From Phoronis australis (Eukaryota > Animalia > Phoronida), in the NCBI GenBank assembly GCA_002633005.1, contig NMRA01000540.1:144119-208118 (forward strand): 64,000 nucleotides of DNA. Direction: 5' to 3'. Every line of letters begins with the position of its first letter. Within the stretch, counting starts at the first letter, position 1. The notes under the pieces are model-generated. The model saw nothing but the letters and a program-made list of their open reading frames with translations. It was not told where the DNA came from and searched no databases. Of the stretch, positions 12,201 through 26,555 are shown piece by piece. The translations under genes and the position numbers were made by a program.

Positions 12201-15200
12201 TAAATCTCAACTGAGCAAAACTGCGAAGTCCCTGAGAATATACATGTAACTGCTTGCTACTGAGATAATTTCCGTAAATAATTTCTAGACTATCAACACG
12301 CTCACAATTACTCGGCTAAGCATTCTTTCAGCCAATAAGAAGTGGGAACGTTCAGCGAGAGATAACGTAAAGATCTGTTACCAGCAGTTACCACTGTTTG
12401 GATTGAAGCGAACCAATTGACACTCCGAAATATGATTTCACTGTGCAAACTTGCTCAGAGTTCATTAACTAACCCATCCAATGAAAGCCTTTCAAGCACA
12501 GGGAAGTAGTCGACCAACCACTCTGGGAAGACTCCTAACATATTGTTGGAAATCTTGAGCTGTTGTAGCGATAGGGAGACATTGCTTGGAGTAGCGTGGA
12601 CATCGTCAATCTGAACAAAGTGAGAACACCGATCAGCATTTAAAGCCTAACTTCAATGAAATTTTATTATTTTACATGGCTAACCAGAGAGTCCTAGCAA
12701 AGCCTTTAGTAAAATATTAAGAAAACGCGAGTTCAATCATGCAAATGTAAGCTGGTCAAATAATAGGTGAAGCTGCCTTTTCAAGCCATGTTGCAGCACC
12801 TCAAGATCCCAGCACAAACAATAAAAGGGCGATAACTGTCGCCTTAAATGGAGGTCTGAATAGAATACCATTGTGTGTGGGTGTTATTTGCAGCTGTTTG
12901 AATAAAAGACTATTCTCGCAGTGATGTAGACAAAGGCAAGCCAATACACCTAACAGTTAATTACATTTGGCAATTTATGGCACCAGTGGGCTCAGAGCGA
13001 TGCTCTTAACATACTGTAGGAACCACGTTTACAAGTGTTGCCATTCAAGATAGGCTTTAACTTAAACATGAAACATGTCGTGTCAATTGATGCCATGTGA
13101 AACACATTCTGTGATGTCACTGATGTTTTGGTGACCAAACTGTTGTGAACTTTTGTGAAAGGTTAGTCATGAAATTGAAGTAAAATACCAGCAGGAAAGA
13201 CTCAGGATCACCATGAAGGTCAAAACATTAAAAAATTATGACACAATGAATTCCAGAAGAACATTTAAATACTTTTACCAAGAACTCTATAACTACGAAA
13301 AAATAACGCAACATATAATTATGTTTCAAGGTAGAAAGTTTATGCTGGATCAGTGATTGATACAATTTAGTCAATTAGATATCATTACTTCACTGTGTAC
13401 CTTGTTATCAGAGATATCTAGTTCCACAAGTTTCTTGCAGAACGTGAATACTTCAGACGGGATCTTCTCCATGTTGTTATGGTGTAGGTATAAGTACTTC
13501 AAGTTGGGCATGGACTGAAAACAAAAAAGTTGACTTGATTTTTAACATTTGATGACCTTGAAACCTTCCTTCAACAAATTTCTGTTAATAGGAGACTTCC
13601 AGGAAGCATGGCGGGCTGATCTCAGGGGACTGGTAACTCACAGCACGACCTAGCTCTACAAGGAGTAGCTTTGTCTTCACAGCGGGTGGCATAGGAGAAC
13701 AGTTCGACTTCATGAAAAGACCCTTTTACAGCGTATGTGGATAGATGTGATGTGTTATAAACAACACCACTGTTATAAAGTGCCTACCCATCCCCTAGAG
13801 GTCACTAGCATCCGTTACGACGTGATTCAGCTGCTAAGTTCCTAATATTTGAATGATTCCCATTCTAGGTGTACCCAGCTAGTTCTAGCAGTGCTTTAGC
13901 AATACACGAAAACACAAATCGACAATGCATGCTTCGCAATTTAAAGCGCCATATTTTGCCCTGTTTAGCCGCCTCAAAAACAAAAATCGAATTAGGCCTT
14001 TTAACCTTGTCAAATTGGTCTCACAATATTCCTCATCTTGACAAGATTCCATTTTCGTTGTCAATGCAAGTCACAGGCAATGCATGTGTGCTTCAATTTC
14101 GAGTTTGCAATTTTAAAGTTGACCAACCTCAATAAACACGGGTTTTCTTGAATCACTGATCCAGTAATTTTGCTGGTAACACATTGCAACACGGAGCATT
14201 GAAATGCGCCACAAATGCATCGCAAATGGTGTGTTTCTAGGGACGTTTATTTGTATCACAAGAAGGGCCACTAGACGGTGCAAATGTTGAATCCATCCGA
14301 AAACAACAGCATGCCTTTAACAGAAACCATTACAGAATTTCATAAAAACCCGTCAACAAATTTCAGGGAAATAGAGGAAAACTAATGCTAATAGGGGGCA
14401 CACTGGGTCGGATAGGTCTGAAATTCGTCATCTTCCATTGTCAGTTTCATGAGAACACATCTGTCAAATCTCATCAAGATCCTGTGAGGGTTTAGGATAT
14501 ACAGCTGCAAACACCGGACGCCCAAACACAGATGACGACAATATGCAAACATATAAATATGTGGGCACATCAGAGAAATAATTTAGGGAAAAATGAAATT
14601 GCCACAAGCGGCCTAAGTGTTTGTTGAATTTGTCTGAAAGTCATTGTCAACTTCATATACACTTGCTAAATTTAATACAGGGGTTTAGGAGGTAAAGCCA
14701 TGGAAACAAAAACCTAAACAGCCACTATGAGGCGCCACAGTAGTCGAAGTCATCAGAAAATCATTGACAGCTGTCCTCTTCATAGTACTAACAACATAAA
14801 TGCGCAATCATCCTTAGAGTGGTTTGGTTGATACAGGAGCGGATACCAAAACATAGACTCAAAAACAATATAAATGGCCACTAGATAGCACAAAATACCT
14901 TGAATCCATCTGAAAACAAGAGGATAGCGTCATCTTACAAATAGATGTCTATATGTTAAATTTTATGAAAATTCGTTGATGACCTTTGAAGATACAGGCT
15001 GATAAACATAAAAAACTAATATTGCCACTAGGGGGCACCTGGGTAGTCGGATCTGTCTGAAAGTTCGCTCATGCTGTCCCATTCATGAAAGGAACACAAT
15101 GTTCATTACATCAAAGGGTTTTGAAGACAGAGCAGCGAACACCTGACAGACGCCGGACGGACGCCGGATGAAAGCCAGATGGACGCCAGACAGACAGGGG

Positions 15201-18200
15201 TGACGACAGAATGTGTCCACATACAGATATGTGAGTGCATAATAAGGAATTTTCAGAAGAATTTTACAAGTCAGAGTAAAAGGCCTCATTCAATCTTCAC
15301 TTTAAACCACCTATAGAGCATAAATAGCAGCATTAATACATAATTATGTGAACATTTCATTTATTGTATGTCCTTTAATTGTCAAAAAATGTCAAGCTGA
15401 GAAGTTAATTCTACTATGCATTCCCGCAGGGCATTACATCTTCCTTGAATGAAAATAAGTTGAATACAGAGACTTAAAATGCTTTCTAAAGGTCCCATTA
15501 GCACTACCAAGTCTACTGGAAAATGATAAATACCTTCAACAGTGCATCTGGAAAGTAGTACAGACTGTTGTGACTTAGATCTAAGTTCTCCAACACACAG
15601 AACCCAAGGAGCAGAGTTGGACCGCCATTCAAAATGTCTGTCAAACTGGAGATCCCATTGGCCGACAGATCAAGGACCCGAACGATACCTTTCTCTTCAG
15701 TTTCAAAAAGATCAGTCCACGACTTGGTTCTCTCTGTTTGTGAATGCACAAAAGAATCACATTGCCTGGATAAATGTACATCAAAATGCACGCCACCTAG
15801 AGACCATCCAGTGACCTAATGCCTTAAACTGTTATAAACTGATGTATGTAAGTGTAGTGAACCACGTGAGATACTGTTCAACAGCTAAGAAACAAAGTGA
15901 AACTCAAAGGAAAGCCATGGCCACAGGAATAATCTGATGAAACAAAATACCAAGTGATACACAAAAAACTAACAAATTTATTAAAACAAAAAATAGGAAT
16001 TCATCTGTGTTTTTCTACATCCACTAGACAGCAGATTTGACTGAAAAAGTGCAACTTGACGTGTACTTGTCAAAATAACGTACTCTGAGGAATAGGTGAG
16101 CTTGTCCGTGGGTTGGGCTCAAAACTGGTAAACTGGCCAGATAGACGTCTTGGCCTCAGCTTGACTGGACTGAAGACCTCACTCACGGAATCTACACAAT
16201 CACAGAATGGGGGAAGTTATACAATGCAACCTGTAGTAAAATGTAGTCTTCAAGGTATGAAATACACACAGTAATTAAATTAGGTGGCGGAATTTTTTTT
16301 TGAGTTTCTTGCCTAACTTCTCAAGAAAATTTACAACTCAAACTTTTGTTTCATTTTAGCACATTTTGAATTATACACACGCCTACCATAAAATATTTTG
16401 AGTATTTTCAGAAAGTGTAAGTATCAGAAATGAAAAAACGTTTGACACAAATCATTTGTATTCAAAGTTGGAGAAACAAGACAGTACATTGCCTATAATT
16501 TTAAAAAATGGGCCAAATAATTTTTAAGAACTTTTTAAAGGAAAGCAAAATGGAACTAGATCACTAGTACACACATAAACAGTGAGTGAAAGAATGCAAC
16601 ATTCAAAAGATGGATCAATTTTCAAACTTCTTTTTCTCAACTTTGAAGCAATTCTTGTACATCTTGTCATTTTGGAAAATGTCCCCAAAGTCTCTACATG
16701 AGCACTCCTTCAGACAGATCTGCATAATAATGCCCACCCACCTATACTTGTCTCGCTGACATCACCCTCCGATAGGGAGATCTCCCTGTCAATATTGAAG
16801 ACGGGTAGTGACAGATGTCTGCCAAGGCGGGGATTACTGCGTGTGGAGTTGGCAGGACTTTGAAGCTATAATCAAAAGGAGTTTTGTCAAGTTACCTAGT
16901 AATTTCACCTACCCAAACATTTCAATCAAAAGTTACTAAAATTCCAAAAGTAATTCGAGCTTAGAATTAAACGTAGTCATCCACAAGGGTTGTCAACCTT
17001 AATAAAAATGAAAAAAGATATATTAGGTACCTTAGTGAAAACACCATTATGCAGGTCGGGATAAATGCATCTGTTTAATTCTTATTTGTTAATATGTGAC
17101 GTACCATACTTAAGGTGTCAGGGCTTGAGACCCTCTGTAACCGACGGCGTCCCCATGGTGATGCTACAAAACAAAGACAACAAATGAAAAACACACAGAT
17201 GTGACAGCTCTGTAAGTCACCCAATGTAAACAATGAACTCAAACAAAAACTGAAAATCATTGGTTGAAACTTCTGCTGTTCCGAATCAATCAGGCTTGAT
17301 ACTGTCTCACAAACAATAATTTCTAATGAGATCACAGTGACCAATGGCATACCAGTTTATGTCTCACCCCACCCAAGGCAGTAAGCAGTGATTATGACAC
17401 GTATGAGATTAAATGATTTTAAGAAATAACGGTGCTGTACGTGCCTTAAAGTAACCCACGGTATTTTTTCTGTGAATTAACAATAACGGGATTTTTCCCA
17501 TTGGTGCTCTCAAGAGCAATGAGAGCACGAAAGTAACTTCTGATTGATCCCGACTCAAACTTGGGAGACAGAAATTCAAATACTACATTGTGGTTCATTG
17601 TAAATTTAAAACCAGAGGAACAGAGGAGTAAATTCCACTCGCATTGTTTGATTTAGTTTAAGTTCACTAATTTGATTAATTTAGCTTTTTGACATCGCTT
17701 TATCAGCCACAGCCACTGGCATTGTTGCTGATATTACTTAGCAGTGGAAAATGTGTGCAACACGATGTCCTTGTTCATCCATTTATGTTTTCTAAGAGTT
17801 CGCCTTTTTCGTTAAGCATTTGTACATCCCACAGCAAAGCAGTGGAAATTTGCTGGCATTATAGTAGCAAGTCGTAAAAACACTCAGTCTGTTTGTTGAA
17901 TCCTCCCATCTGCAATACATGGGATTTGAAGATGGTGTTGAACGCCTGTCCACCAACAACGTGATTGCCATCTAGCTGATTAGCGAACTTCAGTATGGAG
18001 AGGCTATTTCGAAAGCCAGCAATTAAGCCTTCCAAAGCAAAGAGAAGACACACAGCATATTCAAGCTTTCACCCAACAGTCTGTTCACCTGCAGATGGAG
18101 ATCTGATAGTATTCTCCGGCACTAGCTTCAGCCTGGGATCCAGAGGACTACAGGGGACATCACTTCCGGACAAGCTGGTCAAGCGATGCTCCTCGAGATC

Positions 18201-21200
18201 AGCAGGGCACGAGGCAAACTGTCGCATCGGCGATTGAAAAACTGCACAATTAAATGGAAAATCCATAAATATAATCATGCTTTATAATAAAATAGATAAA
18301 ATCTGTGTCCATATTGAGATGACCAACATATCACATGATTCTCTTCTGAGAGCCAAAAATCAACAAGCTAATGTTTCATAACACAAAATAGACATGACAC
18401 AATTTAAGAGACTTGAAGGACAACAATCTGGATAGTCATGCTATTCTCAACATGAAGTTGGCCAAAAGCCAAAAATACAACCAGCTGGCTAATCGGATGA
18501 CCATCAAGATGAAATTTTCATTTAGAGATTTCTAAAACATCAAACTCTAAAGTCAGTCCAATTTGGACATCTGTCTACTAGGTTCATTCTTACATATTAA
18601 CCATATCTAACAACCATAATTAATTTGTTCATTTGAGTATAACAGGATGAATGGCCGCAAACTTGTTTAGTAAATGTAGCAAGAAATGCCAGAAACTTAA
18701 AATGAAGCCACTCACACGGGGGTTGCCGGCGCCCTCTGTCAGACAAACTCCGCTGGAACTGCTCAGTTATGGCAGTGGATCTTCTCTTTGGACTGAGTAT
18801 TTTCTTGAATCCAGACCGTGTGGTAGACACAAGGCCTTGAATCAACTTACGACGCCCAGCTTTAGTTGAGAGTGTCTCAAGGCTGTTCTCAACTAGAAAA
18901 CCTGAAGGTGATCTTTTCCATTAGGGATATACTCAACTAGTCCCATAATGGGTCAAATGCATTATGACTACAGTAACAACGGATAAATCTCACTAATTCA
19001 AAACACAATATGGCTGACAAGTGAAGTTCGTTAACAAATTTCAGAGAAAAAATATTAATATGTTAGCCACAAATCAATGTTTCACTATGTTCATCAACTT
19101 CTGTACAATAGGAAATACTTTGAAGAGCTGTAGTCATCCAAAATGAGGTCAGAAGAGCTTGAAAACAAAAATGTCCACTACGTGGTGCAAAGTACCTCGA
19201 ATCCATCTGAAAACGGGAGGGTGGCATCATCTCACTAAAAGATGCCTAACTGCCAATTTTTATAAAAATCCGTTGAGGACTTCTGAAGATACAGAGGTAA
19301 GCGTAAAAAACTAAAATTGCTACCACGGGGCACACCGGTAGTCGGAGAGGTCCAAAATTTGTTGTCGTCCGTCGCCAGCTTCATAGGAACACAGCTGCCA
19401 CATCTCATCAAGATCCTAGTTGTGAGGGGTTTAGGAGATATATATAAATATGTGGGCGCATAATAAAAGCAGATACTTTGAGAAACACGAACCATGACTG
19501 GGGATGTTGAAGAACATCTGATCTGCATTCAATTCACATTCATACCATTTTGGCTACACAAACTATAACACTGTGTCAACTGCAGTTTATTCAGTGTATT
19601 AAGTTAACAGATTTTTGGTGTTCAAACAACAACAGGTTTATTTTCTGTCTTGGAAGAGTATATTGCCACAAATGGGCAGCCTTTATCACTACCATCTTGT
19701 GTTCCCTAATCCCCAGACAGAGAAGTTGGTCATGAAAGCCCAGCCACTTTGCAATACCAGTAGGCAAGGAGCATAGTTGGGCAGCGCCATCTATTGCATA
19801 TTGTCCTAGTCACGTTCACAAAGAAAACCTGTGCCACAACTGAACATGGCCACTCACTAGCTTGTAGATCCTGAAGGTCAGCGCTATAGTTGAACCTCAT
19901 GGGCGTCTTACAGGGCTCCCTTTCGTAGAGCAACAAGTCTCGTTTCTGATGTTTCTCTCCTGTACACTTAACAAACCTGGCAATCTGCTTCCCACTTTCC
20001 GATACTGCGAAATAGAAAAATTGAAATCTGCCGTGTTGATCATACTTCGCAGCTTAGCATCTAATTATTTAAAGAATAACAAACCCGGTTTTGGCTTATT
20101 CACAGATATTAAAAACAACTTCCTCATCCACTTCTCTGAAACAAAATAATGCTCTGTAAGTCTTAACAGTAGAATTTGGAATCTTCTTTCGAAGTCTGCT
20201 AAACGTGCAAGTGGTACACATGAAAGACAACCCACCAAGAATTATAATCCAATCTGTTACACAAAGAGTGTGAGTTTTTAGTCGAGTCCTGCTTTTATCA
20301 TTCAATTTTGATACCAGAGATGCATTTATTTAGCACAGGACAAAATGAGGATTAGTTGAAATCTTCAAAACAGGATTTAGCATAAGTGGCATTTCCTTGT
20401 TATTCACCACCTATGTCTCAAATTGTTGACTAGCAAACAACTTAGTCATACAAAACACGTCTCGACCTTTTCTGTAACATTGTGATAGGAAATGACTCTA
20501 CATTAATAACAACTGGTCATTAATTTATTTGTTTTGAACGCAAGGCAAGGAGTTTGTTAATCTGAATTTATTCCAGACACTATTTTGCACTATCAACTCA
20601 TTTCGCATACCAAAAATTATTTAAAAAAAATATTTTGTCCTTCGTAGTTACAGTGAATTGCCCTATGTCATGATCTCAATAAGATGAACAATTTCCAATA
20701 TAAACTGAACAACATCCAAATTTGATGCACAAAGCTTTAACTAAATATTTTTAACAAGCTTTTAGACTAGAGCTCGTTTCAACTATGCTAATTTTTGACA
20801 AAAACTTGACCAGTGTTGCCAAAAGTATCCGGACAAAATGACACGGAATTCCGTCATGAGGGCGGATGTCGAATTCATTGTCAGAGTTGTCTCCCCTGAT
20901 ATTCTCGTCTTGCCAATCCACTGATTTTATAAATAAACTAGCAGTTGCTGAACGGATAACCGTCACATTTAACTCGCATTTCATTGCGACAACGGTTTCA
21001 GTTACTGTGGCGGTCAAGTAAGTTTTCCAAGCTTACCAGAGTCTGACAGAATGAGTTCTGAAGACGTCTCTCTGGTCTACTTTGCAAAACTTCCATTTGC
21101 AAAAAAGAAATGCCCTTGTTAATAAAAATTAAAAGAACTTAAGGTAATTAATCGCATGCCTATTAATAGATTGATCGGTCTTGTAGCTACATTTGTCAAA

Positions 21201-24200
21201 AGTACGACCAGTGCCTTTCCAACCTGTGATCACGCTTTAGCAAAGCCACAAGTAAATTGTCAAGACATCCAGTACAAGCCAAAAGTATCCGGACAAAATG
21301 ACACGGAATTCCGTCATTGTCAGAGTAGTCTCCCCTGATGACCGAGAATGAAGGGAAAGTTAGTAAGGTTAAGACATTTTGTAATAAAAATTTTGCCGCC
21401 CTAATAGTTATTACCAGTCATTTTTGTTGTTAATAGAATTATGTAGCAATCACGACGGAAATCGGTAGTTTGTCTGATTATTTAAATTAATTTTTGTGTT
21501 TTGAACTGTACAATGCTAATTTTGACTTAGGAAACAAAAAAAAACACCCACTTATATTCAAAATGCGCCCCTCATATAAGACTTTTAAAAGCAACATGAG
21601 GAAAGAACTCAAGGTAAAACCTGGCTTACCAATACATAAGTGCTCAAGTAACATCAGCTGTGTCAATTAAGTGACTGTCCCCGCCTACCTGTCTGCCTAC
21701 TGGTCACATTTTCTCCAAGAAAGGAAGGAACCAGCCATTCAGGTTGAATGTTACCAAGGCCAAACCCACTCCAGACAATAGTGCCAGCTGAAAGAAAGAC
21801 ATGAATTACAATTATTTGTCTGGCAAATTGTGATGGGTAATTTTCTTTCCTTATGAGAAAATATTCAATGAATTTTGACAAAAGTAATAGTTCAAATTCT
21901 ATCAAAATTGACAAGGATTAAGAGACATAGATGCAAGTGAGTAGTGACTGTTTAGACCCAGAAAGCAGACTCAGAATTGGTAAAATTATAACTAGAGGGT
22001 AAAGCCCAAATCAAGTGAAAACATTTTCCCTGCTCTTGGCTAGACGAAAAATAAAAGGAAACTGTTACCCTGGTTTGATCATGCCATCCCAGTCATTGCT
22101 TGCAAAACTTAACATAACGCTGAGTTGTAGTTGACCCTATAGAACCTCACCCAAATCATAACTAAGGCACAATCATGACTCAGATCTTACCATCCTTATC
22201 ACGAGTGTCACGCCCAAGTTCCTTCAACAGAATGCCAACAATAGAGTCACTCTGTTGTTTGAGGCTCATCTGCAAGGCGGTGTTAATGTCTGTAACACCC
22301 TGGAGAAACGTTAAAAACTGCATTAACCAATAACAGAAACTTTAAACCCTAGAAAAATTCCATATCTGGCTAATTTCGCAGCATCATATCTCAGAAATGG
22401 CTGATCAGGTTCAAATAAAACTTTCAGATCCTATGCTTTATGCAATGGTCTCTATAATGAGACTAAGAATTATTTTTAAATGTTCCATTTTTATATGAGG
22501 AACTATCAAAAATAGCTACAAAAAGAAAACTAAAAATTGCATAAAGCACGACGGCGACGGCGTGAAATGATTAATTAAAAAACTGTTATATTAAGCGAAA
22601 TTGATATTTCATCTTGAGCATCAAATAAAATTGGTAAATGTGATTGTTTTGCTATCAGTGTATCTTTAAATATTTTTGGTTGACATGACACGCTGGTGCT
22701 ACGAACATTCAAACGTCACACTCATGTTTGTGGAGCTCAGAAACTTTCAGTAGAAATCGGTTTTCTACTAATTTGTCGTTTGAGGAATATTACTTTCACA
22801 TTCGTAATACGCAGGGCTATTAAGGAAGGTTTGATGATGCTGGCAATGTAAGTCATTAGTCAAATCATTGTTGTCGCAAAATGTGAAATTTGATTATTTT
22901 TGAAATTAATGTAATTGCGAATTCACGTAAACCCTTTAAATCCTAACAAGAGTTTAGTAAATAACAAAATCTTCTCAAAAATTGGCAAAATGTGAGAGAG
23001 AAAAGTTCAAATTCAGGAATCTAATGTTCACTCTCTACCTCTACTGTCTTTATCACAGGTGATCAGTTGGACGTCCAGTTTTGTGAAAATTGACTATTGT
23101 GTTAAAGAAAACTGCCAGATTTTCCCCAATTTTGACTATAAACTTTCCTCTCAACCTTTGCAATTAGCTTTGACGAAATTCAACACTTCCTTGCCATCAG
23201 TACAGCTATGCTTCATTTCATTCTTGAAGAAAGACAAAAATGACGACAATAAAATGAAAAGACTTTGCATTAGAATGCTTCAACAATTTGTCAATTTTTG
23301 TTTACTTATATAATATTATTTAATACCTGCTTCAGCAGCATCTTTGTCATGAGAACATCTTCACTTTTACAAGCATAACAGAGAGGTGTTTCTTGTCCTT
23401 GCCCTACATTCACATCTGCCCCAAGCTCCAGCAAGCATTCAACACCCTGGAAATTGACCAATGGAGAACTAAGTAAATGCACCAATCAAATGTATATGTC
23501 ACTCATATCACAAGTACCATGCCAATCCAACAATGAAAGCCCGCCCATTTCTTAGAGGGGTTGGTCTGTCATGCTTTTGAGTGACGTAGTAATTAGTTTC
23601 AAAGGTAAAGACATGCCATGCACTCTCAATGAATTCAGCAACACACAGTGTGACTAACTGTTATGGAAGCATAATTAACATTCTCCAACAGCTATAATAG
23701 CAATTTAAACACAACTTCCATTTTGTGAAAGTGTTGTACAACGGCAATTCTTTTGAGGCATGCATAGATAAACATGGCCTGTATAGGTCTTGAAGCAGGG
23801 GAGCTGGATATCCACTAGGTGGCGCTAATGAATAAAGATATTTCTTCCTGACATTTGAGTAGATTGAGAACAGAAAACAGACAATCAGCGTGGAAGTGTT
23901 CGTGTGATACCGGACAGACATCATTTCCTTGAACACAGGACACTCCTATAGGAAGACGGCATGCTTCCACTGCAACATCTAATAAATTCAAGTTCACCAT
24001 TCACTGTTAATTAATTTCTTTTGCTTGGAGGTTGTTACTCACAGCTATCATTCCTTTTGAACATGCGGAGAGAAGCATGGCTGACTTATAGTTCCTCATG
24101 CAGGCAAGTACATACAGAGCCTCACTAGCTAACTCAAACACATCTGGAATACATGCAGACACAGGATGTTTGGATGACGTCTAACAACTGATGCTAAACC

Positions 24201-26485
24201 TGATGTGTAGATTAAGTGCTAGATTAAGGTTTCGCGTGCCCCCCCCCCCAGTTAATCTTTGAAAACACTGAGGCCCCTAGTCTAAAACCTATTTTGCCAG
24301 AAGACAGTAGAGAGTGCCTTAAAAGGAATACAGGGCAATAATTTTTACGAGGCCCTTACAAAATGACTGCGCTATATGCATTGGAAATGACAGGGTAGCA
24401 GATGAGGGCATGAGGCAGGTGTAGAATAAGACCTGCTTAGTTCTACATATTGATTGGCTCTAACCCACGTGAACTTTCGCATGTAGCATATTAAGAGGTT
24501 GGATTTACTGGGACTGGAGATACACTAGGCACTGATTAAAAATATATTTTTATGCTAATAATTCCTTCAATGCATTAAAGCTTCGTGCTATCATTACACA
24601 AGACATGCTCATTAACTGAACGTGTTAAAATATCGCCAATTATCTCAAGCAACAGTGAACACATAAAAGACAGTTGCATCAGAACCACCTGATACCTCGG
24701 CGAAACATGTTCAATAAGGACAAAGGCCGGGGTTAATATGCTGGTGAAATAAACACAAGGACAGATGGCACAGTAACACGAGTTCCCCTAAATACCTGTC
24801 AGTGACTGGTTGACCCTAAATACTTGACTGGTTGACTTTACATACATGACTGGTTGACCCTACATACCAGACTGGTCGCCATATTGGAAAGTTTAACGCA
24901 ATGTTTCATTTAGGGTTGCTGGACTCCCCTTGTATACCAGATGAGACAGTACACTTGTCAGTGATGGTCAACAGATCTGGACCAGGGTCAAATCACTGGA
25001 CTCAAAATAGAAAACAGTCTGCTTAATATATACCTGACTGGTTTCCATACTTCTCAATTGCAGTGAACAAATGTTCTGGGGCACCTTTGTCCACAAACTG
25101 AACAGTGATGTCCACACAATGTTCACACCAGACTTGAATGCACACACAACCCTGAAAAACACAACAGTCGGGAGTGCACGGCTGGACTTGGTGACCTGCA
25201 GCACGTCAATGCGATCTCAGGTTTTGTTTTGCGACCTGGTAAAAATCTCAGGTCTCCACGCCACATCTGAGCACGCGCTCAAAACACAACAGGAGGTATA
25301 GAGACGGAAGTCGGAATCATTCTTCAAAAATAGATTAATCATCTATCTGCCTTCAGTTGGGAAGCAAACCTGTGAGCAAGAGTGTTGAAATAGGGAAAAA
25401 TTGAGAACACCGGCCGGCATTCCGAGAGTTCACTTGCTTCACTTCTTGCCAGGGAGGTTTAACTACCTCAGTTCACATTTTGGAGATGTGGAAATTCTGC
25501 AATGTCGCATGTGACATGTTGATGTCATGTCAAGAGTCGAGCCCACGAGTGTAACCAGTGATCGTAATAAGCAACGAACAGAAGCACGTTACTGAACAGC
25601 AGTTGGTAAAAAAGCTGATTGTCTAAATAAGGCCAAAGAAGTAAAACAAAGTTTCAACTTTTTTAATACTTCACCTGCTTGACCATCTGGACACATTTAA
25701 ACACAATGAGGTAAAAGGTCACGAGGTAAAAGGTCACGTCTCCAGGAGGCCACCACAACTTCAGATTTAAACCAATTTGGGAAAGATAGTATTAATAAGT
25801 GAATGAATGTTTTGGCTCATCCACATGTTATTCAAACAACGGGGATCATTGTTATCAAGGAGACTAATACCAAAACTAACACTGATGGTGACAAGTAGAC
25901 TGTCTTATGAGAAGGTCGCAACACAATTTTTTAGTAAGAAAAATCCGGGTTTTAGTCTAGTATGAACATAGGATCTGCGCCACACATTGGAGGAAAGGCT
26001 TGATCCATCAGTCAGACAAAGCACACTAACCTCAGCCTGTATACTTGACAAGTCCAAGAAGCCAGTAATGGCCGCCATGATGGCTTCAACAACACTGACC
26101 AACTCTGGCTGACTGGCACTGTAGTCTTTATTGGCAAGAAGTTGTAGTAAGATAAGACCCTTCTTTTGTACCACTAAAATGGAGAAGGGTTAAAGTAGTG
26201 ACAAATCCAGAGATATGAGGTCTGTTTGATGAAAGTGACTTAAGACTTGAGACAGACAATTCAAACACAGATGTCAAAAATGTTGGAAATAAAAGAACGA
26301 CTTATCATGTTTTGAAGAGAGTCCAAAAAATTTCGTAATGTGGAGGACAAGAAGTGTACCAAAACTGACGTTAGGCAAGTTTTAAAAAAGGACAATGGCA
26401 AGAAGAAAATCTGCAATATATATGGTATATATGGTATATATATGGTATATATGGTGTACATGGTGTATATATGGTGTATATATGG

Positions 26486-26555
<70 letters not shown>

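Noticed and set aside
21037-21076. 40-nt exon-like segment with a gtaagc donor
   Set aside because: It would shift frame, has a weak acceptor and lies in a repeat-like region.
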